Assembly: GCA_964106645.2 (NCBI GenBank)
Contig: OZ067043.1
Length of the DNA stretch: 64,000 nt
Source of the DNA: Podarcis pityusensis
Lineage: Eukaryota
Reading direction: 5' to 3' (one strand)
Shown here: in pieces, positions 11,495 to 23,702 of the stretch
How the letters are laid out: each line of letters starts with the position of its first letter
Numbering within the stretch: position 1 is the first letter of the stretch
Translations under genes and position numbers: made by a program
The notes under the pieces: generated by a model
Databases searched by the model: none
Told to the model about the DNA's origin: nothing
Seen by the model: the letters and a program-made list of their open reading frames with translations, nothing else

Positions 11495-13251
11495 TTGAGT
11501 ATAGAGTATATGCGAGTATAGAACATCCAATGAAAAGCAAAATTCAAACAATGAGGCATAAGAATATAAAACTGACAGACAGAATCAAAGGTGTGTCGTA
11601 TAACACTAAGCAGGACCAGGAAAACAATTAGAGAATGGTATGGGACAATGACAAAAGGTGCTAAAAATAAGGAGCCACTGTTGTGGTAGGTAGATGCTCA
11701 TTATGTGCTTGCAGAGACAATGTAGCATGAAAGACTGAGAAACTAGCTTAAAGATGCAACAATATGTAAGGATTCAGAGCACTTGGAGAGCCTCCAATTC
11801 ACAAGTGTGAACAGAGAGAGCAAAGGTGCATTAGCGGAAGGCATTAAGAGGAAACAGGAGTGAGAGGAGACCAATGGCATGGCCTTGTCATGCCAAGTTC
11901 CAAACAGAATCCAGCACAGCTGGTAACAAGCTACGGACGTCTTCCCTGCAGCCTAGGGAAGCGGGCAAATGGGCCTGCGGCCAATCTGCTCCCTGTAACT
12001 GGAGCGAGCCAGTGTCTGTGTGTGTGCATTCATGTTCCGCTTGAGCTGAAGCTCGGTGTTAAATTCAATGCCTTGAGTATTGATTTCCTCGCACATGCAG
12101 AACTTTGTTAAAGGGTTTGTTGTGAACTGAGATCAAAGGGAGGTTAACTCACTTCTCATAAGTGATAAAACAGACCTCAAGAAAAATTCTGCCACCCGGT
12201 CAATCCTCAGAGGACAGTAAGCAAGAGCTGTTAGTTACTCTTGTGTTGCCATTGTAAGGCGGCAAGCCATGAAGCTTCTGAATAAAGCTGGGATAAAAAA
12301 GAGTCCAACTCCTCACAGTGCCCTATATATCATCATGTGGAAATTCCAAAACCATCCTCACCATTTCATCTCTAATATCTCATTCCCAAAGTGAGAGGAA
12401 AGGAGTTCATCAACTTATATCTAGGAGCTAGTAAAGGAGATGCTTCTGTCCTTGTCAGTGGTGGCTTCTTAATGAAGGGTGTCTCTAATCATTGGAAATT
12501 TATATTAAGACTGGAATACATGTCTTGTATAGCCCCTAGTACTGGCCAAAGTCAACGTCATATTACTAGGATAAATGCATCAGTCCAACCGAGTAAGTCT
12601 GCTTGGTTTTAGTTTCCTTCTTATATATCTTTAGACAAATGAACCACATTCTACTTCTATAATTTATATAATATCATTAGTGTACACAGCACTTTTATAG
12701 AGTTGCCTAATGTAAAACGTCAGTTGCCAACACCTTTGCATTATATAGGACAGCTTGGATCTTTTAAACAATCCAAAGCAGGTTTTCAACTCTCTCTATC
12801 ACAGCTCTGCAAAAAAAGCAGCCTTGCTGGGGCAGCAAAACTACATAATCTGATAGAACAGCAGAGGAGATGGGGAGAACAAGCCTCGTAAGTAATAAAA
12901 AGGGGGGAAATAATAATGTAGGGAGATGAGCAAAGTGGAGTGAGGAACCTTGCTGGTCTTTTGTCTCTTTTATTTTTCAGCTAGACAAGCACCCTCACGC
13001 AATAGTCACACGGTATGGAAGAAGAACCAAGTTCACCAAATGGCATGGCAGAGCTAACCTATTGACATGGATACTGGTGGCTGCCAGAATTTCAGCTGCC
13101 TCAAAATGGAAAACCTTAAGGGACTTGCAACTCTTGCTGTGGTATAAAATAATGTGGATTTTAGCACTAGCTGAAAAAAGAATGCATGAATTAAGTGTTG
13201 CTAAAGGCTTGGAAGATCTTGAAAATTTCTAAGCTGTTTAGTGGGATTTTA

Positions 13252-13255
<4 letters not shown>

Positions 13256-13312
<57 letters not shown>

Positions 13313-13331
13313 TACACACACACACACACAC
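13256..13331. repeat. (TA)n(CA)n compound microsatellite
   Basis: Seen directly. Confidence 0.95.
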
Positions 13332-14238
13332 GACAAATACAGACGTACAGGACTCCCTCTCAACAGTACAACATGAAATCTGGCTTTCCTAATAGTCTTA
13401 GGTATTCCAGATATAGTGTGCTGGTTTTTTGTATTTGTACTTCTATTGTTTTTATTCCATTTCTTTGTTTGACTTACTTCAATAAAAATTATTTTAAAAA
13501 CCAATCAAATCTTAAGCAATATTCAATAGGTGCTGGGAACACTTGTATGATCACATTTGATACAGGAATTGCAATAGAAAGATTTCCTTTAGTTTAAGAG
13601 TAGTGGGAGCCTTATTTTCATTGTACAAAAATGAAATTCTAATACTGAAAAGAGTGAGGGAAGTCTGGATCCCACACTACAAATAGGTAACAATTGCATC
13701 TTTATTGCACACAATATGTATGTGCACTCAAACCTGAGCCCTGCAGGTTTAAAATCTCAATTGCCCCACCTTGTGTTACCATCTAGCTTCTGCCTGGATA
13801 CTTTATCTGAATCAAATGCCGGCAGTGTTTATAGAGCAATTGCTGTGTGTTCTCCACTTGCACAGTGATGAAGATTTCACTTAAACTCTCAACATCTGCA
13901 CATTTCAACTAAATTAGGCCATTCGCTATAAAAGAACACAATGACAGTAATGGAATAATAACAGCATTAATAAAACACAACAATCCTTGGATGAGGAGCA
14001 GATGCATTCACAAGCTTCAGAGACAGAGGGAGGGAGAAAATGAGGCTGTTTAGAAAGTCATACAATGCATATTCAGGTCTTGGGGGGGGGGGTGACCAAC
14101 AACGAAGACAGGGTCAGGAGAAAATTGTATTTTAACCTTACAAGAAAGTCTTCCTGACTCCAGAAAGTTCTATTCTCACCAGAGGAAAAGGTTTCCTTGG
14201 AAAAACATAAGTTTGTAATGGGCATCCAAGGAGCATGA

Positions 14239-14292
<54 letters not shown>
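14239..14292. repeat. (AC)n(AG)n compound microsatellite
   Basis: Seen directly. Confidence 0.95.
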
Positions 14293-14299
<7 letters not shown>

Positions 14300-17200
14300 A
14301 CCTGCAGCCCTGGAATCACATGCTGCCCTTAGCCTAACTTTAAAAGCCCTTTTCAAGCAATCAGTTTGAACCTCTGGCATGAGGAGCTGCCAGACAAGGA
14401 ACACAAGCAGCAAGGAGAGAGACGGAGATCAAAAGGGTGGCAGGAAGTGAATGTTAAGGGGTGGCCCTGCCCGCAATCACTACTAGTTTCTCGCTTCATA
14501 CCACCATGTGGCCCTTGAAATATCACCTGTGAGGCCACCAATAGCAAAAAAATAAATAAATCCCCATCGTCCTCTCCTTATCTACATTAAAGTACTCCAA
14601 ATTCTACTGTTGGGAAGCCTTGTGGGCCAAACAAAATATGCAAAAGGGCAATTTGCAATAATCTACAGGCGGTAATAAAGTTCACTAGCTGGCAAGGGTT
14701 CTTGAACTGCACTGGGCAAACGAGTAAATGCCGAAAAGATTTATTTAGGGGGGAAACAGAATACAAAATGAGGTGCACACCACACAAAAATTGCACGGAA
14801 ACTGAGTTCGAATACCAACTCAGAGATAGAAAACATTATGACAAGACAGAATTCTGAGTTAGCAGAGCTAAAATAGAGTCAGTAATCAATTGGCAGGTAA
14901 ATATTTCCACCATCAGACAGCAAAGCAAGTCTCCCCTTCATAGCAATGGCTTAGGAAAATTAAATATCCTCCAAAATGCTGTTTCCCAAGGAATAGATTC
15001 ATACCTTTTATCAGAGGTGAAAGCCCAGTTTCAGTTGTAACTAATGACCAGTGAGCCAGATGAGACCCAAACTGGAAAAGGTGACTCACATATTAAAACC
15101 CGATTCTCAATGTGGATGATGATGGTGATGTGGGCGTGTGGGTTGGGACTGGCAAGTAGGTAGGAGGCCAGGTACAGTAGCTTCTTCAAAGCTCCCAGAT
15201 GCTTCACTTGAATCATAGCCTCAATCTGCCACCTCCTCCTTACCAATGCCAATCAATATCCCACAATTTGAATGACTCCTCCTTCTTTGTTCCACTATTT
15301 TGCAATTAGGTTGCAATATAAGACCTGTTTTTCCCCCCAGTTGAATCTTCCCCAAAAAGACAGACAAGCCTAATTTGCCCAGTTCATTCAGTTAATTTGC
15401 TAAATTTGGGTTTGGCATTCCAATGAATGAAGGTCTGTACCCAGTTTCCAGAAGCTTCAACAAGTTACACAATGTTGCGTTCTGATCTCTATATTTGAAG
15501 TGGTCTCACACGTTCACTTCGCCAACTACTACTTGGCAAAGAAAGTGATTAAGGTTGTGATTTGCAGTTTATTTAAAGGAGTGGACACATGGAGGTTCAG
15601 TTATTTTAAATACCCACAGCTACCACTCTTCTCAGAAGTGAAAGGCTGAAACGTGCTTACTTTTATTCCCTTTTCTTTTATCAATGTGCTCCTTTAACTT
15701 TTATGTTCTGAATCATTCTGAAATTGCCTTTGGGTTGAACAATAACATGAAGGACATTTTGCCAGCTTCTTTGTGAATTATGAGCATGCCAAAAAACATC
15801 CCTCCAATTTGTGAACAGAGGAAATAATTGTCTCCCCCTTATCTGCCTCATCCTCTCACATAATAAAGCAGCAAAAATAAAACACGTAGAATTCTAACAC
15901 TCAAAATGAAGCTGCAATCATTAAACAAACATTGAAATACATGATAATTCAGCCCAGGCAGAAAATGCACCTATCATGCATGCAGGGGTATCATAGTCCT
16001 GTTTTTTTCTGCCAAGTTATCTAGTCTGGCTCAGTATTTCTGCCAATATTACCTGTGGCAGTTAGCATTGCTCTAAGGGCAATTTTTGAAAGGGTGGGGG
16101 AGACAGTATTTCACCTGTTTAGTTGCAGCTGACCTAAATGCACAAGCTGAGCGCACTATCTCTACTCATAATTTCTTAACAGAGCTAAGAGAAAGGGGGA
16201 AATGAAAGAGACCAAAGAACCAGTTGCCCAGGACACAAACAAGGTTGCAAAAATCTTTGTTGACACTACAATTTCTTCTTCCTCTGCTGATTTTTAGCCA
16301 TCTCTGCTTCTCCCCTGAGGTGCCTCAGGTGATTGAATGAAATACAACCCTCAGCTCCAATAAGCGTATTTCAATTACATCTGTCAACACATAACGACGT
16401 AATGATATATCATGTGATATTAAATCCATGGTAATCATATCAGTGATTTTTTTATAGTGTGCTAATCATGTTATTACATCTCAATAATTAACAACAGAAG
16501 ATCTGGAAATCTCCGTTACTGTGCTCATTATGTCCTGTGCTGCATATGAAAAGCCCATAGGATGCCAGGAGGGCAGAGACTGGACATCTTAGGCTCATGA
16601 GGCAACTGTCAGGCACTGAATGGGAAGAGCAAGAACACACCAAGTATGAGATGATGGTGATGGTATTTTTGCCTCTTGTGTCTTCTAGAATGAAGGCAGA
16701 CAAGTCAATGACGAGGGAGGAAAGAGATGAGCAGCAATGCTACCACTGTGTGTTTCAGACTGAAATCATCATTAGTGGCTATCATGATTAAATCTTAGGT
16801 TTAGGTAAGGAAGAAGCACAGCATATATGTGACCCTCTCTGTCCCCAACCAGTACAGATCTGCTCAGCAGCCAGTATTCTCCTCCTTTACCTGCCTATGG
16901 TAAAACTAAAGATCAACCCTATTCGACTTTTATGTGACTAAAAGGGTGGGGAACGCAAGTGTCAAAATTAATTCAGATTACAGCATATCATACCCTCCAG
17001 AAGAGGGCAACCTACTGCCTTCCTCCAATGAATTTGTTGGAACTCATCCTTAAACCGTGGATCAGTGCTTTATTTACATGGGAACTGTTTGCTCAGTGGG
17101 CCAACTGATCCATTCTGCAAGCAGGAAATCATAGTCTTGGAGAGCAAGCTGAGTGCCCAGGCTGCACACTCCTAAAGTCAAGATGGCTGTAAGATGTACA

Positions 17201-19129
17201 GAGAGAGATACAGGGATTATGTGGTTCCAAATCCAAACTGGGGAGAATGGTGTTTTTTGGGAGGTATATTCCTAGCTTGCCTGGAAGAGGACAAGGTATT
17301 CAAAAGTTACCTGAGGGAGAGAAGGCTACTCTCTGGCTGCAATAGAGCTTTTACACTTATCCCATTTGCAGCCTGATCAATCTAGCAGTTTCCACTCATG
17401 AGCTGATCTGAGAGAGCCTCATTACCTGCCTTAAAGTTGCAGCCATGCACTTAGCTCTTAAAGATGGGATTTCAGGAATATCTGACTGATCATTTCTCTT
17501 CTCATTTATTTCTGCTGCCCTGAACCAATTCAACCTGTAAAGTCGAAAGAGGAAGAATAAGTTGGAACATATTTGCAGAGCTCCTGCCACACTCTGCTCT
17601 TGACTTCCTGCATCCTTTTGCAAATCACCCCTACTGGATGCCATGCAAGTGGGGAGCTATGCCTACCAATTGTGTCAAATGGTAACAAGGAATAGAAGAT
17701 GCCCCACTCCATTGCTGGCGAAGGGAACAGAACACTATCAGGGAAGCCCATTGAGTCGCAATACCTGAGAATCTCTCCCAAGAAGTATGAAGCTTGTCAC
17801 ACTGACAAGACTACTCTTGCCTCAGTGAGATAGAAACTGCTAGCCTTCTGTCTGGAAGCAGGGAAAAGAAGTGTCTCTCCACCACCAGAGGCTACAAACC
17901 AAATTTAAATAAAATAAAAAACAAGTTTTGTTTCTCAGGAACAGAATTATGGACCAGATTTTGGACTGTATAGTATGGTCATATTCCTTAAAAAATGTTT
18001 AGGGGTACTCTCATTTTGACTCAAGAAAATCACCATTTTATAGTTCAAATTGGGAAAAATAAATACGGTAAATGGACAAAAGAACAAAGATTCACAAAAT
18101 GTTTAGGGGTATGCGTACCCCCAGGAAAAAAAGCATTGGTCATACCATTGGTCTTAAAATATCTGTACATTTCGTGTGTGAATCCAGGAAGCTGCTTTAT
18201 CCTGAGGTCAGATCTAAGGCCAACCCTAGTTATTTAGTGACCGATGTGGTACAACCCTCTTTTGGGCCTAAATCACTTCAGCTTTGATACAATAGGTTTC
18301 TTGTTTGAAGACCCGCATATATACACATCCAATACAAAGAGAACATCCCTTGTAAAAATCCTCCTCTCTGAGATTGTCAGACAAGACAATTAGCCATCTC
18401 TGAGGTGGAACCATTTTTGTGTAATGTGCACACAGGCAACTCACCATGCGAAAACCATGTGACAAGGGGCCTATGAAAGCCTTGCACTGTGTCAATCACA
18501 GTACATTTCATCTCATCAGCAGTTCCTGGCACTAGGAGAACAGAACCTGTAGATTACAAGTCAACAAACACAGTATCTCAGTCAACACTACAAGGATCCA
18601 CTTTACTGACCGTTATTAGCACCACCTTGACATTGCCTGTGAAAAGGGTTCAGTGACAGGAACATACTCTGTTAGGGGCCAGTCCACAGGAGCGGCTTCC
18701 CCTGTATATGGGGGACTATGGCCTATCCTCGGAATGCAGCAAGAGTGGAATGCATTGTGAGCCAGGGTAGACATTAATAAAGCCATAGCCATTTCTGTGA
18801 CCACAGCAGCACTTTACAAGAACTGATCCTGGTTGCCCTTGTGTAACAACCCAATTTCACAGAAACATTTCCCTTTGCAATCATGATTGAAGAGAACCTG
18901 CATCCGTACATAAGGGAGAAACAGCAACAGTAAGTAAAGAAGAACAACGCAATCAGGAAATGCTTCATTACTTTGTACTTTCAGTTAAAACAGGCAAAAG
19001 GGAGACCATTCTGCTTACCCATACAAATCTTTTACATACAAGAAGTGCTGGAAAAAATATTCAAGTTGCATATGTCAATCCAGCTCCATACTTTTTTTCT
19101 TGGTCCCTGCCCTCTTTGCTTTTATTGAA

Positions 19130-19237
19130 TGTCATCTGATGAAGAGTTGGAGAGGGGGCTCAAATGTGTGCACACTGTTTTGTAAGATATTCAGGTTGTT
19201 GTAACAAAGGTGTTGCTCTAATAAAGATTTTGAATTT
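19130..19237 (+). mobile_element. Penelope-derived short repeat with decayed hammerhead core
   Basis: ctgatgaa gagtt-loop-ggctc aaat, ending ctaataaagattttgaattt. Related copy at 19620-19700. Confidence 0.5.
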
Positions 19238-19249
19238 TCTCCTATAGGC

Positions 19250-19435
19250 CAAAACAGCTACCTTGCCTGTGGCACCTGCAACAGTGCCAGTTTCACAGAT
19301 TGAATCCATCGATAGTCTAAAGCAATCCCACAAGTAAACTGGTTTCAAGGTGTTCAAGACTTTATAAACTATGAAATAACTTTGAGGGAACTCTTCCCAC
19401 ACTCCATCTCTTAAGACTCCAACCAGACGCAAATA
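19250..19435 (-). mobile_element. Old L2 fragment
   Basis: ORF 19160-19432 contains IVYKVLNTLKPVYLWDC, similar to the L2 motif YKALNGLGPxYL. Confidence 0.5.
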
Positions 19436-19511
19436 TGGATAACTTGGTTAACCATCTTGTTTTCCTCTTCTTTCCCCAACTCTCCCAAACTGAGTACCTT
19501 GGCATCTAACC

Positions 19512-19612
19512 CAGGACTGGAGAAACTATCACCTTCTTGATATCATTGGACTACAACTCCCATCATTCCTGACCACTGGCAATGCTGGCGGATGCTGATA
19601 AGAGCTGCTCTT
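19512..19612. mobile_element. hAT-Charlie-like MITE (actacaactccc family), partial
   Basis: ttggactacaactcccatcattcctgaccactggc. Confidence 0.7.
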
Positions 19613-21063
19613 GATCTAGCCTAATGAAGGTTTCTGAAGAACTACAAAACATTGGCTGACCTACAAAACCTATTGACCTAATGTGTATTTTGGAATTTAT
19701 TTCTAGGTAGAATTTGATGTGGACACCACACTAGCTACACTGCTAGAGCTTTTATTTAATTTTCAGTAAACGTTTGCCTCCTTGAAGTACAATCTTTTTA
19801 ATAGTGGGCATGCCTCATTAACTCTGCCTTGAGAATCAGAAGCAGCAAATGCAGGATGGTGTGGTACTACTGGGGAGGGGAATGTCCATTATTTTGCTGT
19901 TAAAGGGAGACTTTCAGAGAAGATCCTGCAAGAAACCATTTTGTTTTCCCTAAGTTTGAAATCACTCATATCATCCCAATTCCACCCTACTCCACATGTG
20001 ACCAACTAACAATAATGAAGTTGGTCAAGACTTGGAAACAACTTATATAAGGTTAAACTCCTGTCCATCAATGTTTGACCCGACCTAAATGGAATTCAGA
20101 TTATTCTTTGAACCCAGTTCGTCAACCTGGTCAGTTTTCTTCTATCACTTGCAGGGGGAAAACCTTGGTAGGAAACTGTATGTACTCTAACCACATGCAA
20201 AACAGGGATGTACTAAATAGGCCCTTTGCTAATCTGGGGTGAAGCAAGTGGGGTTTAATTTTTTGCATAACTCACTGTTATATCCCTATGAATAGTGTGA
20301 GAAGAATATTTTTCTTCTTTAAAATTGCTTAATTTCTGAGATGGGTTACTGACCATTTGTTTTCTAGCTTATTTATGCATCCCTAAGGACTTGTGACATG
20401 AAAAGTAAAATAAAAGAGAGTCTGAGAATTCTGGATTCTGAGTTTCTTCCATATAGCCATAGTCATACAGAACACACACAGCTTTGTCTATATGAGTCAG
20501 GCACATGGAGGGAAATGTTCCTGTGTGGGTCTTCAGCCAGCACGACAGCATACAAATTTTAAATACTCAAGCTGTTCAAAGGATCAGCAGAAGGCCCCCT
20601 TATCACACTCATAATTTAGAATAGAAGCTCTTGTACATGATACAATCCCACACCACTGGAGTGTGTGTGAATACTGCAACCACGGGGGGTGGGCATTATG
20701 GGGAAGGAGAGATTGACAATATAATGGAACACTCTCACCAGACCATTGCCCACAGTCCCATCAGGGAAGCAATTAGGTGGTATATACCTAGGAAATCAGT
20801 CCCACACAGTTGCAACATTCACATCCACTTCCCAATGGCATGGGATAACACCATGATGCAGCATGGATGAAGGGGGGAATACTTTATTAAATCAGCTATA
20901 GTGGCATTGACACTTTAGATTCACAGTTAAACTAAAGAGAGAAAGACCTCATACTTTAAGCGTACTTCCAGACAGCACTGCTTTTCATGGGCAGTTGAGC
21001 ATTGACTGTGTCACTACCACAGTGAATCTGCACAGCTTCAATCGGGGGGGGGGCAGAATAATA

Positions 21064-21255
21064 CAGTCGTACCTTGGAAATAGAACCATTCCATAAGTCT
21101 GTTCGACTTCTGAAGCGTTTGACTTCCAAAGCGTGGCTCCTGCAGCCAATCGGAAGCTCCGTTGGATGTTCGGCTTCCAAAAGAACGTTTGAAAACCAGA
21201 ACACTCACTTCTGGTTTTTGATCGTTCAGGAGCCGAAATGTACAAGTTACGACTG
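21064..21255. mobile_element. Tigger/pogo-like MITE
   Basis: TA|cagtcgtaccttg ... caagttacgactg|TA. TA TSDs. Many CpGs retained. Confidence 0.85.
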
Positions 21256-22022
21256 TACTGGCAAAAGCTGGAGGAAGAGGACTGATTTTCACATGTGTAA
21301 ACCAACGTGAGTGTGCAATACTGAAAACTCACCACTAGGAGATAAGCATAAGTGGAGAAGCTGCAGCTGGAATGGAATCGCAAACCAATAGCCACTGTTA
21401 GACTTGTAATGATCTTACTCTCCAGTCCCATTTAGAAAGCACACCATATAACCAGTAGGTAATCAGCCAAACCACCACTGATGCACCATTCCAAGTTTGG
21501 CTCTGTCTCCTTCCTTGTTACCTCTCCCCAAACATTTAAACAAGGAATCCACGGCATGTCCAAAAGGTCCAAACCTTTCCAGATACATTCCAGTTTGAAA
21601 GCTGAAACACACCATCACAGTCACACATTACTAACATGCCAACGCAGAGCTTTCTTTGGCTTTCCCCATTGCTCTGTGCCCAGAACACACATCCCAGCAA
21701 TCTCTCCACTGCAGCTTGCATTGCTGGGGCAGCCATGACCACAGCCACAATCCCGGGAAGGATCCTACCTCTGCACAAGGCTGTCCAAGAACTTGACAGG
21801 GCTCTGTTTGAAAAAAGCTGTTGAAAGAAATGATCTCTTTAAGTGCAATGGGGAGATATTTGTCTCCGATTTACCCTTGGCTTTTTGCTCTGGTTCAGGT
21901 AGGAGCGGCGTGGGATGGCTGGCAGATCTGAGAGCATGGCACGCCCCAGCGGGCAAAGCGCGCAGTGCGGAGGAATGCGAGAGTCAGTTTGGAGTGCTCT
22001 CCATTTATCAAACTCATGCAGC

Positions 22023-22178
22023 NNNNNNNNNNNNNNNNNNNNNNNNNNNNNNNNNNNNNNNNNNNNNNNNNNNNNNNNNNNNNNNNNNNNNNNNNNNNNN
22101 NNNNNNNNNNNNNNNNNNNNNNNNNNNNNNNNNNNNNNNNNNNNNNNNNNNNNNNNNNNNNNNNNNNNNNNNNNNNNN
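22023..22178. other. Assembly gap (N run)
   Basis: N bases. The right flank is gagagag, suggesting a collapsed (GA)n repeat. Confidence 0.99.
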
Positions 22179-22278
22179 GAGAGAGCCAGAGCAACTCCAG
22201 ATAATAAAGAGAACCAAGAAAGGGGAAAGGAGAAAAAAAAAAAGCGAAGAAAGAAAGAGAAAAGAAAAGATATCTGAC

Positions 22279-22750
22279 CTGACTCTGCCATCTACCTTAA
22301 CAGAACCTCAACGAGAGCCGGCTCAGCAGAGCTTTAGAGAATGTAAAACATTGCTCAAAAGAGAGAGGGCTCGTTAGCAGCAACTGCCAGCCGGGTGTTT
22401 GGCTGGAATCCTTTTCACTTCCAGCTTCGCTTTAGGTCGTAAGTGGTAATAAGTTTGTTGGTTTCTACTGCAGCTTCCCAATCTGCTCCCTTTAAGGGGA
22501 GATTTCCAGCGCATGCTCGCTTTTTCTTTTGCACAACAAGCCAGCCGTCCGCGGCCTTGCAGTAGCCTAGCACAGGATGCCACAGGTCAGGATGAAGATG
22601 TGTTGGAAGCCCAGAACTTGAGGAAACTGATGTTTCAGGTGGTCTCTTTCTGGTAGAAAAGACCAGATAAGAAGGGATGCCACGAATCAGCATGGAAGGG
22701 CACCAGCAGAGGAGACAGTGCCTGCGTGAAGCCCAAGCAGCTGACGTCAG
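22279..22750 (-). promoter_or_regulatory. Candidate alternative promoter / first exon encoding MAES(G)
   Basis: Repeat-free and locally CpG-enriched over 21900-22560. Perfect CRE TGACGTCA at 22742-22749. tagATGGCAGAGTCAG|gtcaga gives a start codon and 5' splice donor on the minus strand. Confidence 0.3.
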
Positions 22751-23604
22751 AATGATTACATCCCTCTAATGCACAAACACTGGTTGTTACTTGTCTCCTT
22801 CTGTCAGAATAGGGCACTCCAAGAGGACATAATATTGAAGAGGCTATTCCAAGCAGCTAGGATTCATGAAAAATAGTGCCTTCATTTTGTAATGAGTATT
22901 AATAAAAAAGAGAGCATCTAAGAAATACTAAAGGAATAAAGTCTGTGGGGCTCAGTGCAGGAAGTACAATATCCCAATGGTCTGGTATTGCTGGGCTACA
23001 TTGCTCATGTTCAACTGCATTCACACAAGCCTTGCAATTAGTTACCCATGACAAGTGATTATCTATTGGATTTGATATTTTTATACTTGGGTCTATTTGA
23101 CCCAAAACCAACCCAATACCAGCTAGTAAGCAAGTGACTAGCTTTGCCAATGAGAAACAAGAAAGAGGTGTCAGCACACTAGGGAGAACCCTGAGGTTTG
23201 CAAACATAGGTGGCTTTAACACGAGGTTTAAAAACATACGGAAGGGGCCCCAAAAACAACCCAATGAGGACTGCTTTCTCTCTCACCTTCAGTTTCCCCT
23301 TGTTCAAATAAGGGAAATTGCGGGAAGGAAGAAAAGAAATAATAAAATATATCCTAAAATTAATGTCAGGAAAAATTAAGGTTGTAATGTGTTATGCATA
23401 GTTAAGGTGTAGGCAAATAAGTCTTTCCACTGAAGGTTCAATTCCTTTCCTGTTCTCTCCCTGTTAATTAAGATCATTAAGGCATATATATCCTCTTGCT
23501 GAGATGGTGCCCAAACCACTTTCCCCTGGAAAAAAGATGGAAACCATTGACATTGACTAGAGTACTCTCTACGCAGTAAACTGTGATGTTATATGCCTAC
23601 TCTA

Positions 23605-23702
23605 AAGCATCTGGAACTGGACACTGTTAGAAATAATATAGCTATAATACAGGGCTAGATGGGCCATTGGTTTGACCCCCAAAAGATTGTTCTTATATTA
23701 TG
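23605..23702 (+). mobile_element. CR1 3' UTR remnant
   Basis: gggctagatgggccattggtttgacc...ttcttat, homologous to other CR1 ends in the window. Confidence 0.5.

Noticed and set aside
15105-15225. Minus-strand peptide ending PHHHHHPH
   Set aside because: Preceded by an in-frame stop, with no acceptor or start. The His run comes from a short (gat)n repeat.
18481-18525. Minus-strand CTGATGA-GAT-GAAA followed by a 9-bp stem
   Set aside because: No stem II, no U-H cleavage site after the stem, and no stem I partner
21793-22377. Long ORFs in the track here and at 50939-51592
   Set aside because: They read through N gaps and are artefacts
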